A DNA stretch of 64,000 nucleotides, taken from Felis catus. Lineage: Eukaryota. Position 1 is the stretch's first letter; each line of letters begins with the position of its first letter. Below, piece by piece: positions 1 through 14,934 of the stretch. The stretch is from NCBI RefSeq assembly GCF_018350175.1, contig NC_058383.1, positions 7,254,001-7,318,000 on the forward strand, given 5' to 3'. The notes under the pieces were generated by a model. It saw only the letters and a program-made list of their open reading frames with translations, was not told where the DNA came from and made no database searches. The position numbers were made by a program, and so were the translations under genes.

Positions 1-478
1 TGAAAACTGAGAAGTCAAATGAGTCAAATCCTTACATCCTAGCACAGCCTCCTAGGCCTAGGGCCCAGAGATGGACTGAACTCTATCTTGCCTGTTCCCA
101 TGGGTTTGGCATGTGTGGCCTCCCCCTTGTCGCTTCTTCCTGCTCTGCTGCTGTTTCCCATCAGCCTTCTGTGCTGGCTTGCTTGTATTTGTTCTCCCCT
201 ATCTTCTGAAAGCCACCATCTCCCCACTTGTATTTGCAGTCTCTGACCTCTGTGGGGACTTTGTCACTTCATTGAACAGCATGTCCTTTCTCTTCTGTTT
301 TTGGTTCCCTGCCTCTGCCTGGTCTGTCTCCCTCTCTTCCCATCTCCAGCCTTCTCCTTACTTCTAGCTCTTCTTGCTTTGATTTTGCTTCCTGCCTTTC
401 TCCTTCACTGTTTCCTCAAGGCAATTATCTTAGCATGCCTCGGCTGCCCCCAGCCTGGGCAGGTCTGCACGCAGGTAA

Positions 479-1660
<1,182 letters not shown>

Positions 1661-3834
1661 AAGACAGCCACACACCTGTTTTCCTCACTTCCTCTGAGTC
1701 TAAAGAGCTCCTGCCTTACTATATGAGTATGAATAACTTAGAATGTATCCCTTCCGACTCAACCCTTTCACTTTAGAGAATGGGGCAAATTGGGCAAATC
1801 CTCCTGGCACAGTGATGAAGCTACCTAGTCTGTTTCCCCAAGAATGACACCAGGTGGCGAGCGGCAGGTTAAGTGCTGCGAATGAGAGGGAGGCTCTGGG
1901 ACTTATCACCTTCCATTCTGGAAGGGAGTTTGCACTAGACCATTTCTTTCACACCAGAGGAGCCTTTCTTTCCAAGGTGGGGAATGGAAGCACAGTAGGA
2001 ATAAAATTCCAAGGATTCCTGTAGTCGGGAGTCAGTATAGTCAGCACAGAAGGCAGTGGAAAGAATGTTCTGAGTCCTATTTGATAAGGGGAAATGGAGG
2101 CTGTATTTCAAAGCCACTGTTCCTAATCCAGCTTTAAGTTTTGATAAGGAATGTGCTATTTTTTTTTGTTGTCTCATGACTTCATTAATTATGGAAAAAC
2201 TTGGTGCTGAGGGATGTGTTATTTTATTGGGGGGGGGAACCCCAAGAGGTTTTCTGTGGTAACTATTTTGCAGGGCTCTTGGAGCAGCAAGCCCAGGTTT
2301 CCAAGAGCAGCAAGGCAGGCAGTTTTGTTGGAGAACTCCTTGTACTTCCCTCCTGTGATAGATATGGTTGCGAAATCCATCCGAATACCAGTAAGTCTAA
2401 CGGAGAGGAGCAGAAGCGTTTGGCATTGGCCTGGTTTCCTTCCTGCTCTCTCCCTGTTCCTCTCCCCACTCCTGTGTTGCAAAGCAATTTAATCCAAACC
2501 CCCAGTTACTAGGAATGCTTTTATGGAGCTCACTCAGCCAGCTTGCCCTGCCCTCTGTCCCCTGTGACCTATGACACCTGGCCCCAGTAGCCGGATCCCT
2601 CCTGACCCCACTTCTGACTTCAGCAGCCAAGTATGAATGCAAAGAAAAAGCAAAGCCCAGAGAAGGGAGTCTCTGGCCTGACTGGGCCGCGTTGCTGGGT
2701 TAGGATGGAGCTCCCGAGTTTCCCAGCTGAAGGGATGATCTTTGGTTCTGTCTTCCCAATCCTGCTCATCCTGTAGCATAAATGAAGTGCACTATTAAAC
2801 AGAATAGTTTCTTAGAAGGAGAGATTGAGTGTGTTTTTGTGCAGGAGCACAAATTTATTTCAGTTAAAATAGGAAACAGTGACTATAACTGGAATCTTTA
2901 AAGATGAATCTTTAAAATTTTTTACAGATGACTATTTTTCTTTCAGTCACAAACACATGACCTCTTTCTCTCAAGACTCCAGGTACTGCCACAGACTCCC
3001 ATTTACACAGCTGCTCCCATCTCATACCCACACGTCGGATTTTGTGTGCCGTGTGCTCTTAAGACCAGCAACCAAAACTAGAAAGGTGTTACCGGGTGTG
3101 GGGCCCCTGACAAGTGTGTACATTGTTGGGTAGCAATGGGCATGTGTAGACTTCTTCTTTGGGCGCTTGGTGGGAGGGTGTTCCAGTCACGAGAAGGAAG
3201 GTTGAAATGAAAGTCTTATGCAAAAGATGAGGAAGTGTCTGGAACTGGCCTCTAAAAAACTTGGGAGCATATATTGTGATCACCTAATATATTTTTAATT
3301 TCTTAAAGCTATAATGAAACTCATTCTTTTGGCTCTTCTTTGACAGTCACCACGTACTTGCAGGTTGATTTTGTTCCTCAAAGTGTAGACCATGAACTAT
3401 CCATATTAGAATCATTAGGCTGCTTATTAGTAGTGTAGGTTTCCAAGCCCCCCAAGTCAGACCTATAAAATAATTTCTGAGGATGGAACCTAAACATATA
3501 CACTGAAGAGGATGAACCAGTAATGGAAAAGAGAAAATTTCTGGGAAGAGAGAAAGTTGAGCAAGATCTTGTAAAACATTGTATGTTTTAGAGAAGAGGT
3601 TCCAGGCTGGACGGTTTGGGGTGGGCCGAGCATGTTCACTTACGTGGAGATTCCTGTTGCGGAGCTCTGGAAAAGACCCCTGAACAGGCAGAGCTGCTAG
3701 CTGATGAATAGTCCCTGCACATGATCGACCACTGCTCTGCCCACACGCTGAACTCCCCCGCCACGCAAAGACCTCATGACTCCCTCCTTCAGGGCATCTC
3801 AGACCTGGGACTGATCTGGACCACTGCATGAAAT

Positions 3835-4270
3835 TGGGTTTATTTTTTAAATATCTTTTTAAAAATTATTATTTTTTTAATGTTTGAGAGCAGGAGCAGG
3901 GAAAGTGGGAGACAATTTGAAGCATGCCCCATGCTGTTAGCACAAAGCCCAGTGGGGCCTGAACCCACAAACCGTGAAATCATGACCTGAATCAAAGTCA
4001 GATGTTCAACTGACTGAGCCACTCACACGTCCATATTTTTTAAGTATCTTTTTTTTTTTTAAATGTTAATTTTTGAGAGAGAGAGAGAGAGAGAGAGAGA
4101 CAGAACGTGAGCAGGGAAGGGGCATGGAGAGAGGGAGACAGTCTGAAGCAGGCTCCAGGCTCTGAGCTGTCAGCACAGAGCCTGATGTGGGGCTGGAACT
4201 CATGAACTGTGAGACCATAACCTGAGCTGAAGTTGGATGCTTAAAACCAACTGAGCCACCCAGACGCCCC
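3835..4270 (-). mobile_element. Two tandem felid-type Can-SINEs (SINEC_Fc-like), reverse orientation
   Basis: Reverse complement of ggggcgcctgggtggctcagtc...gtcatgatctc...gctctgtgctgacagc...(CT)n...poly(A), at about 3835-4035 and 4050-4270. Confidence 0.85.
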
Positions 4271-5956
4271 TTTTTAAATATCTTTGAAGTTGCCATAACA
4301 TTTTATTCATCTGATTCTCCTAATTATCCCTATTTCCCATAATGATTCCTCTTTTCTCACTCCCTGAGTACTCAAAGGAATGTTTGGTCATCATGCCATT
4401 TTGTCTCTTCTACACCATTACCCTTGGAACCCAATTACTCCTGTGGTCTCAACTATTCCCTCTATGTGAATAAGTTTTAAGTTTGCACCTGTGATTCTAG
4501 TCCCTCCCAAGTTCCAGTCTTGGGTCTCCAGCAGACTGCAGGGCACTTATATTTGGACCTCTAAAAGTTTCACGTTACAAGTTTCAAACCAGATACATCT
4601 TTCCCATAAACTGCCCCCTCTTAAGATTTCTGTAAACTCAGGGTTAGATCAGAGGTTTCTTTGGTTCCTCTCATCTTCCTACATCTGAATTGTATCAAGT
4701 CCTGGGCAGGTTCAGTAAGCATGGACTGGGAAAGGCTTCAGAATTGAGGTCGTGGGAGAGGTGGGATTTCCAAGTGATGGTAGTAATAGTAGCTGGCATA
4801 TGGCATATACTCCGCCTGGCCCTTTTCCAGTGGTTTTCAGGTGATTAAGCCAGGTCATCGTCACAGCCTGTGTGTGAAGCAGATGTTCATAGTAACCCCA
4901 TTGTACAGATGAGGAAACCAGTGAACTTGCCGGGTGAGGTAGGACAAGGAGACCCAAGAATGGAAGACCCTGGGTTGCTCTACTTAGTGAGAAGCTGGAC
5001 CATGTGTCCCGGACGGCTGTGTGGTGAGTGGGGAGGCGTGTGAAGAGGAAGCCTCCCTCACCCAAGTGATGGCCTTGTCTTGTCCCTTACGGTTCTACAT
5101 CTCTTTCATAGTCGTCTTTGTTTCCATTGCTGCTAAGCTCAGGGTTCAGGTCCTTATTACTCCTCCCCTGGAGTATATGGTCTCCTAAAGGGATTATTAT
5201 CTTTATTTGCTCTCAGTTTCCCTAAAACACTACACCTATCTTGTCACTCCTTTATCAAAAAGTTTCAGTATCTTCTCCCTTCTTAGAGAATAAAATGCGA
5301 AATCCTTAGCCGCGTAGCCCAGGCTTTCCTTGAGCTGGTCTCTGCATGTCTTATCTTCACACATCTAAAAGCCAGATTTGTGAAAAAGTGCTGGTCAGTA
5401 GGGCAATAAAAATATTTTTTATTATTCAGTACTCTTGCAATAGGGGAACAGAGGCCTCTCCATAGAACTGGGCTAATGTCTGAATACTGCTGGTCAGGTG
5501 GGAATTCATAACCAACCAAAGGATGGTGGGGAAGGAGGGTAGTCAGTGAATAGAAAATTCCTAAGAGAAAAAAATATACATAAGGGGGAGCAAGAGGGGT
5601 TTTGGATAAACTGACCCCTAACTGGATTCTTGCTGAAGATGGGTCTGAGTGAGTAGGTCCCCCACCCTGGGGTGACGGTGGAGGATGAGGGACTCATCCT
5701 GACTTCACAGGGTTCTTGCTAGAACTAGATTTTACAAGGAAATGCGCAGATGGGCCCAGGAGAAGGTTCAGGACCCTGAGTTTGCTTTGGTGAAGCAAAG
5801 AATTTTTGTCACATCAAATAGCGGTAATATAACAGGGTCCCCTCCACACCTTACATTTATGCCCATGGGTTTGCTCACACAGTGTTCCCCCTGTTCTGCT
5901 CTGGCTTCTCACAATCAATAAAAATCAGTCCAAGAGGGCCTTAGAAACCATCTTCA

Positions 5957-6148
5957 GGGGGGCCTGGGTGGCTTAGTCAGTTAAGCGGCCGACTGTTGAT
6001 TCCGGCTCTGGTCATGATCTCGTGGTTGGTGGGATGGAGACCCACACAGGGCTCTGCACTGACAGTACGGAGCTTGGGACTCTCCCTTTCCCTCTGCCTT
6101 TTCCCTGCTCACTCTGTCTGCCTCTCAAAATAAATAAACTTTAAAAAG
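5957..6148 (+). mobile_element. Can-SINE
   Basis: ggggggcctgggtggcttagtcagttaagcgg head, CT-rich segment, aaaataaataaac tail. Confidence 0.85.
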
Positions 6149-6689
6149 AAGAAACCATTTTCAACCTCCTGCCTTAGTGCCTGACTGACGACCATCCATT
6201 CTCTACTGTCTTCAGGATGAGGACTCACTGTAATACCCAGCAAAAGCAGGCAAGTTCTCCTGTTGAGCATTCTACTTGCTGGAAGTTAATTTGAGCTGAA
6301 TTCTGCCTCCTTGTACGTTTCTGCCTTCCATGGTTAGCTTCTGGTTTTGCCTCTCATCTGTGAAATGAGAGGGATGGGCAAGATTTCCAAGGACATTATC
6401 TGCCATAGCAAAAGCATTTTCATTCCTAATGCCTCTCACCCATCCCAAGTCATATCTGTTCTTGAGATCCAACTCAAATAGTTCCGAGAAAGGATATTAC
6501 GTGGTAAGTTTCCAAGTAAGGGAAAACCCTGGTTTTACCTGAACGTGCCGGCTGACAGAAGTATGAATCACAAAGCAGTGGTGGAGAAGAAAAATGTTTT
6601 GTACTTCAGAAAAAGAAAAATAGAGCCCAGTCAGCTGCATTGTTTTAAGTATGCCAGTAATGAAGAACTGAAGAAAAAAGTATACGGAC

Positions 6690-6790
6690 TAGGGGCAGTG
6701 TCAGAGCCAGCTCAGTAGTTAGAGCATGTGACTCTTGATCTCAGGTCATAGGTTCGACCCCACCTTGGGTGTAGCGCTTACTTAAGAAAA
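6690..6790 (+). mobile_element. Short tRNA-derived Can-SINE
   Basis: gctcagtagttagagcatgtgactcttgatctcaggtcataggttcga: tRNA-like A and B boxes followed by a SINE tail. Confidence 0.65.
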
Positions 6791-8904
6791 CTACATGGAC
6801 GATTTTTTTACATACGAAGATAAAGCCGGTCACCAGAGTGGTTTCTCTCCACAAGCAAATTTTTCTTTGTGTATTTCCTACTTTGGTTGCTGCCATCATC
6901 CACTTCCCAGTCAGCTAAGCCAGAAACCTGGGAATTGTTCTGGATGCAGTGTTTCTCTGCAACTCCTCACCCCTACAGTTGTCAGGCAATATCTAGCCCG
7001 TCCTGTGTTGCTCACCCTTGACTCCTGTGTTGGCCTGGGCTGTCCTTAACTCGTTCTGGGACTCTGGCCCTAGCATTACAGAAGTGTCTTTGCTTCCAAA
7101 GCCTTGCTCTCCGATCCATTCTTGGCACCTCTACATGAGCTCTCTAAAATGCTAAGTGTGTATATGACGCCCCCTCTGAACCTTTCAGCGGCCCCTTCTC
7201 ATTCCTTAGGTCGACGTCCAAACTCTATTGAGGGGCAGGACTTTTCATTTCCTAGCCCTGCCTACTTCCCCACCCTGCCTCGTAGCACACCTCTTACTCT
7301 CCCAACCCCCACATAACTGTACACTGGAGCCATGCAAAACCACAGTTACAGGAGCACACATGCTGTTTCATGCCTCCGTGCCTTTGCACATGCTGTTCCT
7401 TCCTCCTGAACGCCCTCCCCTCCTTGTCCACCTAACAAACTCTTGTTCATCTTTGAAAGCCTCCTCGTAAGCTTACCTTTTCTGTGGAGCTTTTCCAGAG
7501 ATTATGCTTGTCCCCTTCTGCCCCCACCGAGTTCATTCCCTCTGAGCTGCCTCTGCATCATCTCGCGCTCACTTTCCTTATTGCACTTATTCCTCGTCTC
7601 TTATTATTTGCTCATGTATCTGACTCCCTCACTGTGGTGAGTTTGTCCCTACCTTTTCACACTTTACCACAAATAAGCATTGCTTTCTTAATCAGAAAAA
7701 AATAAGCATGAAGAAAAAGAAAGTAGTAAGAAGGAACATCACGGAGCACTTACGCTGCGTCACGCATATTGTTCTAAACGCTTTCTATGTTGCCTAATCT
7801 AACCCTCATCACGGTTCCATGAGGTAGGTACTGTTATTGCCCCCATTTCTGTCCCCTTTCTTCAGGAAACGAGGAAGGGAGGGGAGCCCCTCAGGCACAG
7901 CGAGGTACAAAGGCGTCTGGAGCCCACAGCCGGGGCTTCATCTCCTTATCACTCCCCCCAGACCGCCGGAGGGAACCCCCAGCCCTCTTGCAAGGCCCCT
8001 CTCCTCCCACCAGTCCCTGGAGCTCTTCAGCAGCAGTTCTGTCATTACTGAAGGGGACACGATGGTGAAAGAAGCGTGGTTCCCACACTGAACGGGACTC
8101 GGGTCGCCTGGGAGACAGGAAGCCTGCATGGATAAAACAAAACAGAATCAGACGCCAGGAGAGGTACAGTGACCGTGTACCTCATCTTTACTGACCTCTG
8201 ACCTCCATGCCCGTGTGTGTGGTCTTCACAGCAATCATAGACGCTGCTAGGCTATTACTACCCCTGTTTTGCAGATGACAAAACCAAGGTCCAGAGCAGT
8301 TAAGTAATTTGCCCGATGCTACAGAGCTAATAAGTAGTGGAGCAGGGATTTGGACCCCAGCAGTCTGGCTCCAGAGCTTGGGCTCTTAATTCCACTGCTG
8401 TACTATCTCTACAAATGAAATGGAGGCATTCAAAGAACGATGGCTTGTGTTCTGCTTGGGGAGATGCGAGGCACAGAGCCGTCACAAAAGGCTTCATCAA
8501 GGAAATGGCATTAAAGCTAAATTAGGAACGTGGATAGGTGAAACAGAACCATTTCTCTTTCCCTCAAGACTCCATCATATTCCTCTAGAGTTCCTCTGCG
8601 TGGTGCAAGACTTAACACTGTGGGCGGGTAGGAATCGTTAGGACAGAACTATTTATCCAGAAACAGGAAATACCACCGTCACCCCTCCCTGCACTCCTGT
8701 CTGCTTCATCACAGGGCAGACGCCGGGATGAAAAGTGCCAGTGAAAAGAAAGTTTAGGTTGTCTTTTCTGTGGGAAGAAGCTGATGTACCATCAGAATGA
8801 AAACAGATAAATAGTAACAAATGACCCAAGCTGAACCAAACCGAACCAAAACAAAACACTTTTCAAGCTACTTACATCACCTGTCTTGAAAATATAATTT
8901 AAAA

Positions 8905-9095
8905 AAGTTTTTTAAATTTATTTTTGAGGTGGGGGGAGGGGCAGAGAGAGAGGGAGACCCAGAATTCAAAGCAGGCTCCAGGCTCTGAGGTGTCAGCACA
9001 GAGCCTGACGCAGGGCTTGAAACTCATCAACTGTGAGATCACGACCTGAGCCGAAGTTGGACTGTTAACCGACTAAGCTACCCCCACGTGCCCCT
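8905..9095 (-). mobile_element. Can-SINE
   Basis: ggctccaggctctgaggtgtcagcacagagcctgacg...acctgagccgaag, the reverse-strand SINEC core. Confidence 0.85.
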
Positions 9096-9869
9096 GAAAA
9101 TATAATTTCTTAATAATACTTATCTGCTCTAATTACACCACAGAGAGACCTTACCACGGCAGCTGCACGTGATTCTTCATGTCTCACGCCTGTTCAGGAA
9201 CTGTCCTGGGGTCCCGTCATAGATTCCCATCACCTACTCCATGACCTGGCATTCAAAGCCAGTGACCTTCCCATCCTTCCATTCTTCCCAGGACCCACAC
9301 AGCATCTTCTCTCTCGAGCGTGCCACTTACTCTCCAGCATCCTGCCTCTGCTGGCGCTGTTCCCTCTGTTTGCAATGTCCTTCCTTCCTTCCCTGACTGC
9401 TAAAATCCTAGTATGTTAATATGGAGCGAAAGCATTCTCAGTGGGAGGAACAGCCACTGCACTGGCTCCTTGGAGAGGAATGTTCTTGTCCCATTCCAGG
9501 AACAGCAAGGGCATTGCAGTCTAGGAAGGGTTGCATTCTAAAAGCTAGATCATCAGATGTGAAGGGGTTTTTTTTCGTACAGAATCCTTAATCTCTAGTC
9601 CAGTTGAAATTCTGATAGAAAATTTCGCTACCCTTAATTATAGTTACAAGGATAACTGTTGGTGTGGATCTTTTCACGTCAAGCCACATCTGACCCCCAC
9701 GTGCAGCCTCTACTAAGAAGCGGCTCGTGTAGACACCCAGGGTGTTCCTTGGCGTGAGTCCTCGCCTGCTCCACCAACTCTGGCCTTTTGGCAAAGGCTC
9801 TGCATGCCTTATGTTCCCGAGGTAACTGCTTGCTTGCTTGGGTTTCTTTGTGTGTGTGTTTTTAAAATA

Positions 9870-10800
9870 ATAACTGTATTATCATTCATACACCATACAG
9901 TTCACCCGTGTGAAATACACAATTCAGTGACTTTTAGTATTCAGAGCTGTGCAGCATTACCATAATCCATTTGAGAACATTTTCATCATCCCAAAAAGAG
10001 ACCCCATACCCTTTGGCAGTCGCCCCCATACCCCTCAGTCCCTCAGTCCCTGGCAACTTCCAGTCTGTGTGTCTCTCTGGATTTGCCTCTTTTGGACACA
10101 TCACGTAAATGGAACTGTCATCACACAATGTATGGCCTTTTGTGTCTGGCTTCTTTCGCTGAGCATGGCGATGTCAGGTTTCATTCACGTATGTTGCAGC
10201 GCGAATCTGTACTTCATCCTTTTTAATAGCTGAGCAGCCTTCCACTGTACGCATGGACCACAGTGTGTTTATTCTTTCCTCCACTGGTGGCCATTTGGGT
10301 TGTTTCCACTTTGGGGCTATTAGGAATAACATTGCTGTGAACATCGTGTGCACATTTTTGTGTGGACATATGTTTTTGTTTCTCTTGGGTATATACTTAG
10401 GATGGGAATTTCTGGGTCAAATGCTTTATTTAATCTTTTGAGGGAATGCCAGACTGTCTTCCCAAGTGGTTGCCCCACTTTGCATTCTCACCAGCTGTGT
10501 ATAGGCTTCTGATTTCTCTATCCTCAACACACTTGTTACTATCCTTTTTATTATGGCTGTTCTACTGGGTGTGAAGCGGCCTTGCTGTGGTTGTGATTTG
10601 CATTTCTCTGACAGCCAGTGATGGCAAGCATCTTTCCATGTCCTTGTGGTCCATGTTTAGATCTTTTTTGGAGAAATGTTTGTTCAGATCCTTTGTCCAT
10701 CTTTTAATTTGTTGTCTTTTTATTATTGAGTTGTATGATATATTCTAGATGTAAAACTGATCATCTATGCCTGATTTATAAAATGTTTCTACCATTATGT
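9870..10800 (-). mobile_element. Old L1 (L1M-type) 3' region, antisense
   Basis: Typical antisense L1 3'-UTR text: caccatacagttcacccgtg..., ggccatttgggttgtttccactttggggct, ccagactgtcttcccaagtggttg, ttgcatttctctgac. Confidence 0.7.
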
Positions 10801-10819
10801 AGGCTCTCCTTTCACTTTA

Positions 10820-11047
10820 TTTTTAATGTTTATTTATTTTTAAGAGCAAGAGAGAGAGAGCACAAGTGGGTGAGGGGAAGAGAAAGAGAGGGAGACACAG
10901 AATCCAAAGTAGGCTCCAGGCTCCAGGCTCCAAGCTGTCAGCACAGAGCCTGATGCAGAGCTGGATGTGGGGCCTGAACCCACCAACCGTGAGATCATGA
11001 CCTAAGCTGAAGTTGGATGCTCACCCACTGAGCCACCCAGGCTCCCC
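10820..11047 (-). mobile_element. Can-SINE
   Basis: Reverse SINEC core with small internal duplications (aggctcc x3). Confidence 0.85.
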
Positions 11048-11149
11048 TCTCCTTTCACTTTCTTGATGGTGGCCTTTGAAGCACAAATGTTTTTAATTTT
11101 GGTGATGCCTCATTTATCCATCTTTCTTTTGGTTCCTTATGCTTTTGGT

Positions 11150-11440
11150 GTCTGTAGTAGTCAGGGCTCTCCAGAAAGACAGAAATAATAGGATATATAG
11201 AGAGAGACAGAAGAGGATATTTATGATGGAGATTGGCTCATGTGATCGTGGAGGCCCAGCTGTGCCATGATATTCTCCCCTAGAAGCTGGAGAACCAGGA
11301 AAGCTGGTGGCATAATTCAGTCTCAAAGGGCTGAGAACCCTGGTTGGCCTCCGGTGTAATCCCCAGAGTCTGAAGACCTAAGAAGCAAAGACAGCCCCAG
11401 TGTTGGAGGGCAGAGGATGGATGAGAAGGAGGGAGGAAGG
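11150..11440 (-). mobile_element. MLT2-like (ERVL) LTR fragment
   Basis: tgtagtagtcagggctctccagaaagacagaaataatagga...ttggctcatgtgatcgtggaggc...agctggagaaccaggaaagc resembles the reverse complement of an MLT2 3' end. Confidence 0.6.
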
Positions 11441-11509
11441 GCGGGAGGGAGCGAGAATTTACCCATTCTCTGCATATTTTGCAGTCTCAAAAATAAAACG
11501 TTAAACAAA

Positions 11510-11735
11510 TTTTTAAAAAATTTTTTAATGTTTTATTTATTTTTGACAGAGACAGAGCATGAGTGGGGAGGCGGGGCGGGGGGGGGGGGGGGAGGGAGAC
11601 ACAGAATCCAAAGCAGGCCCCAGGCTCTGAGCTGTCAGCACAGAGCCCGACGCGGGGCTCGAACTCACAGACTGTGAGATCATGACCTGAGCCGAAGTCG
11701 GACGCTCAACCAACTGAGCCACCCAGGCACCCCTA
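11510..11735 (-). mobile_element. Can-SINE (young, CpG-rich)
   Basis: gagcccgacgcggggctcgaactcacagactgtgagatcatgacctgagccgaagtcggacgctc, close to consensus. Confidence 0.9.
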
Positions 11736-11759
11736 AAAAATTTTTTTTCAGTTAAACAC

Positions 11760-12480
11760 ACACATACAATATGACCCACAGTCCCAATCCTAGGGATCTA
11801 CCATAGAGAAATGAGTTATATTCACACAAAAATTTGTACACTGATGTTATAACAGCCTTATTCATCAACTCCAAAACTGGACCCAAGTCAAATGTGGGAA
11901 TAAAGAATGGATCACTGAGTTATTACCAAGTCGCAGTACATCGCACAGTGGAATACCGTAAAATGGAATATAGTCAATTGGATTGAGCTATGGACACTCA
12001 CCAACGGCTTGGATGAATCTAAAAAACATTATGCTGAGTGAAAGAAGTCAATCTCAAAAAGTTGCATGCTGCGTTACCCCATTTATATGACATTCTTGAA
12101 AAGACAAAACTGTAATGATAGAGAACAGGTCAGTGGTTGCCAGGGGTTAGGAGTGTAGGGAGGTTGTGTCCTAAAGGGCTAGCAAGAGGGAGTCTTTTTT
12201 TTTTTTTTTTAAGTTGATTTCATTATTTATTTTGAGACAAAGAGTGTGAGTGGGGAGGGGCAGAGAGAGAGGAAGAGAAAGAGAATCCCAAGCAGGATCC
12301 CCACTATCAGTGCAGAGCTGAGGCAGGGCTCCAACCCACAAACTATGAGATCATGACCTGAGCCAGTCAGATGCTAAAACTGACTGAGCCACCCAGGCAC
12401 CCCAGGGAGTCTTTGATGGGACCTTTCCATAGGGGTTCCACGAATCTATATATGGGCTAAAATTCTCAGAACTGGAAAAA
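11760..12480 (+). mobile_element. Old L1 3' fragment interrupted by a reverse Can-SINE (about 12198-12403)
   Basis: L1 3'-end text (ggatgaatctaaaaaacattatgctgagtgaaagaag, cagtggttgccaggggttagg). The SINE is flanked by the target-site duplication agggagtcttt at 12187-12197 and 12404-12414. Confidence 0.7.
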
Positions 12481-14269
12481 AGGAGAAAAACTCACTTTGC
12501 CCTCTCATTTTAAACCATTAGAAAATTAAAAATAACTACCTCACGGATTGTGGAGTAAACAAAATAATCTATGTCCAGTGCGGGGAAACGGGCACTTGAT
12601 GTGCACCTGATGTTCGCTGGCAGGTTGATTCGGTGAGACAGGAAGCACGTTGTATGTGAAAGGCCCGGCAGGCAGTCTGGACACCACGAGAGAATCCACA
12701 GGAAAGATGGTTTGGGAAGCCCTGGGAGGGGCTGATCACAAGGGCAAGCGCATCCCGCCTGTCCCCGAGAGGGCCATCTGAGCCCTGCGCAGAGATGGTC
12801 AGTCTGGGAGGGCCCACAGCCCCCAGAAGGGAACATCCCTCCCCACACCCTCACCTACCCCAGGCCCTGTCTGCCCTAGGGCCCCTTCCCCCCCACTCCG
12901 CCCCCGCCACTTTCGACTCGAGGTGCTGGGTGCTGCCGACTGTGTGAAGCGGGGCTGGGCGGAGGACACCCCACCCTCGACACTGCCCAGGAAGGATTAT
13001 GCGATTGAGGGCAGGGCCTGCACTGCTCAGGTTTCTTACACACCCCATCCCCACCCCCCACCAGAGGGTGATCTCCATGCAAAACCAAGTTTGGGAACCC
13101 TGACTTAAATCCTCTTTCAGCCACTAGGCAATCCACAAGGTGGGTGCTCTGATGGAAGTGGGAAAGAAACAGTGTGCCCTTTCCTGGTCTGTAAATCCAC
13201 TCCTTTCCCTGACACTTGCACCCCCTTTACAGACATTTCCAGACCCCCTGAATCCCAGTGGCCAGCAACTGGGAGCTCCCTCTCTAAACCGTCACCTCAT
13301 GGCCAGACAAGCTGGTCTAAATGCTGGCACTGGGCCAGGTGAGGGGTCGTAGCCCCAGAGAAGAGAGGCCAGCCTAGGCTGAGAAGAGCAGTGTCCGGAA
13401 CAGCAGGACTTCTGGGACCTCTAACCACCGAATTCACCAAAGCAGAAAGGATGGCTCTGCTGGCCAACTTGGAGTCCCCTCGGAGGAGATGAGCCTGCAG
13501 GGTGGAGAGAGGGGAATCTTCCATTGTGGAGAAGCCCAGGGGTGCACTGATCCCTGTTTGGAGAAGTTCTCCAGACCAGCTGTGTAGGGGGAAGGAGGGC
13601 AGGTGGCCTGGGAGGGGGTTCCCCCAGGAGAATGGAGGTTTGCAAGCAAGGTGATTCTGGGAGAAACATGAGGGTGCTCAGCTGTAACTGAGTCCCACAA
13701 TACGATGGGCCTGACAATAGGCCACTGGGGTCTGAGTCTGTGTGGATAGAATGTGGGAGGTGAGAGCCCTTTTCTTTACCTGAGGGATGTGTGGGGAGAA
13801 CACGCTTGCTTTGGCCACCATGCAGAGGACATGGAGGCTGGGAGACAGCAGAGGCGTGCAGGTGCTTGTGGAAAGTTGGGAAGGGCTCTGCCAGGGAGAG
13901 GAGACGGAGGCTGGACAGGGTCTGGGGCCAGGAGGGGAAGCTGCCGAGAGAGAGGTTTGGTCCGGTGTATGGAGGTAAAGGCATGAACAGAGAGGAGGGT
14001 GCCAGTCACGGGGGCAGGAATGTTTGGAAAGGGGCTGGGTGTTACAGCAGAGGGTCAAGCATCACATGAAAGGTCGCACACGCGTTATTCAATTAATGTT
14101 TATTAAGCAGCTTCCCAGGCACTGTGGCAAGCCTGCGGGTGCAGGAGGGAACGAGGCAGTCCCTGGAGCCTCTGTTCAAGTGGCAACAGAAATAATAGGA
14201 AGCAAAGGGAGGGCAGGGGGTTAAGCAGCAGAAAGTAAGGTCAGAGAGGCAAGGAGATGGGATGCTTTC

Positions 14270-14595
14270 CTGTGTCAGCCTGCCCAGGCGACAGTCCCCA
14301 GACTTTCAATCAAACAGTAATGTAGGTGTAGCCATGATGTGATCTGTCCATGTAATTGGTGTGATCATCCATAATAATCTGGGTGGGATGGATTCAGTTG
14401 AAAGGCCCAGAGCAGAGCTCCTTTCCCAGAAGAAAATTCGCCTGTGGGCAGCAGTTTCAGCTTGAGCTGGAGTTCAGCCTGCCGTTCCGATGGCCTGCCC
14501 TGTGGATTTCAGACCTGCCTAGCCAGCCCCCACAATCAGCTAAGCCGCTCCATTGCAGGAAAGCTCTCAGTCTGCCTGTATCTTTCCTCTGACTG
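14270..14595 (+). mobile_element. MLT2-like (ERVL) LTR
   Basis: gaagaaaattcgcctgtggg...ggcctgccctgtggatttcagacctgcctagccagcccccacaatc resembles an MLT2 LTR. Confidence 0.6.
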
Positions 14596-14934
14596 ATGGA
14601 GGGGGCGTGCCATGTATGGCAATGGTAGCCGTGATTGGGGGTTTGACCTGATTCCTGAGCCATCTGGAACCACAGGAGGGCTTCAGCAGAGTGACCACGG
14701 TCTGACTCCCATTGACAAGGGCTCACTCTGGGCCAAGGAGTCCTGTTGGAGAGCAGCAAAGAAAAGTCAGATTAGGAATGAAATTGATGTGTCCTAACGA
14801 TGTGGTGTTACCTTGTTACTTAGCTGTAATTGGAAAGGCAGTGGGGACTCACTGTATTTATTTAGTTATTTATTTTGAATCCGTGACTAGCATAATGAAC
14901 TCAAAATGTGGTCAAGTCCTGGTGGAACTGAGAC

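Noticed and set aside
3645-3830. Exon-like segment with a minus-strand GTAAGT donor downstream of ZNF3
   Set aside because: No recognisable protein in any frame and no clear acceptor, so it cannot be supported without RNA data.
6690-6790. tRNA-like A/B-box sequences here and at 27340
   Set aside because: No cloverleaf or acceptor stem, and they continue into SINE tails, so they are tRNA-derived SINE heads.
13297-14069. Cluster of 75-187 aa ORFs with faint zinc-finger-like words
   Set aside because: No consistent C2H2 spacing, splice structure or recognisable family.
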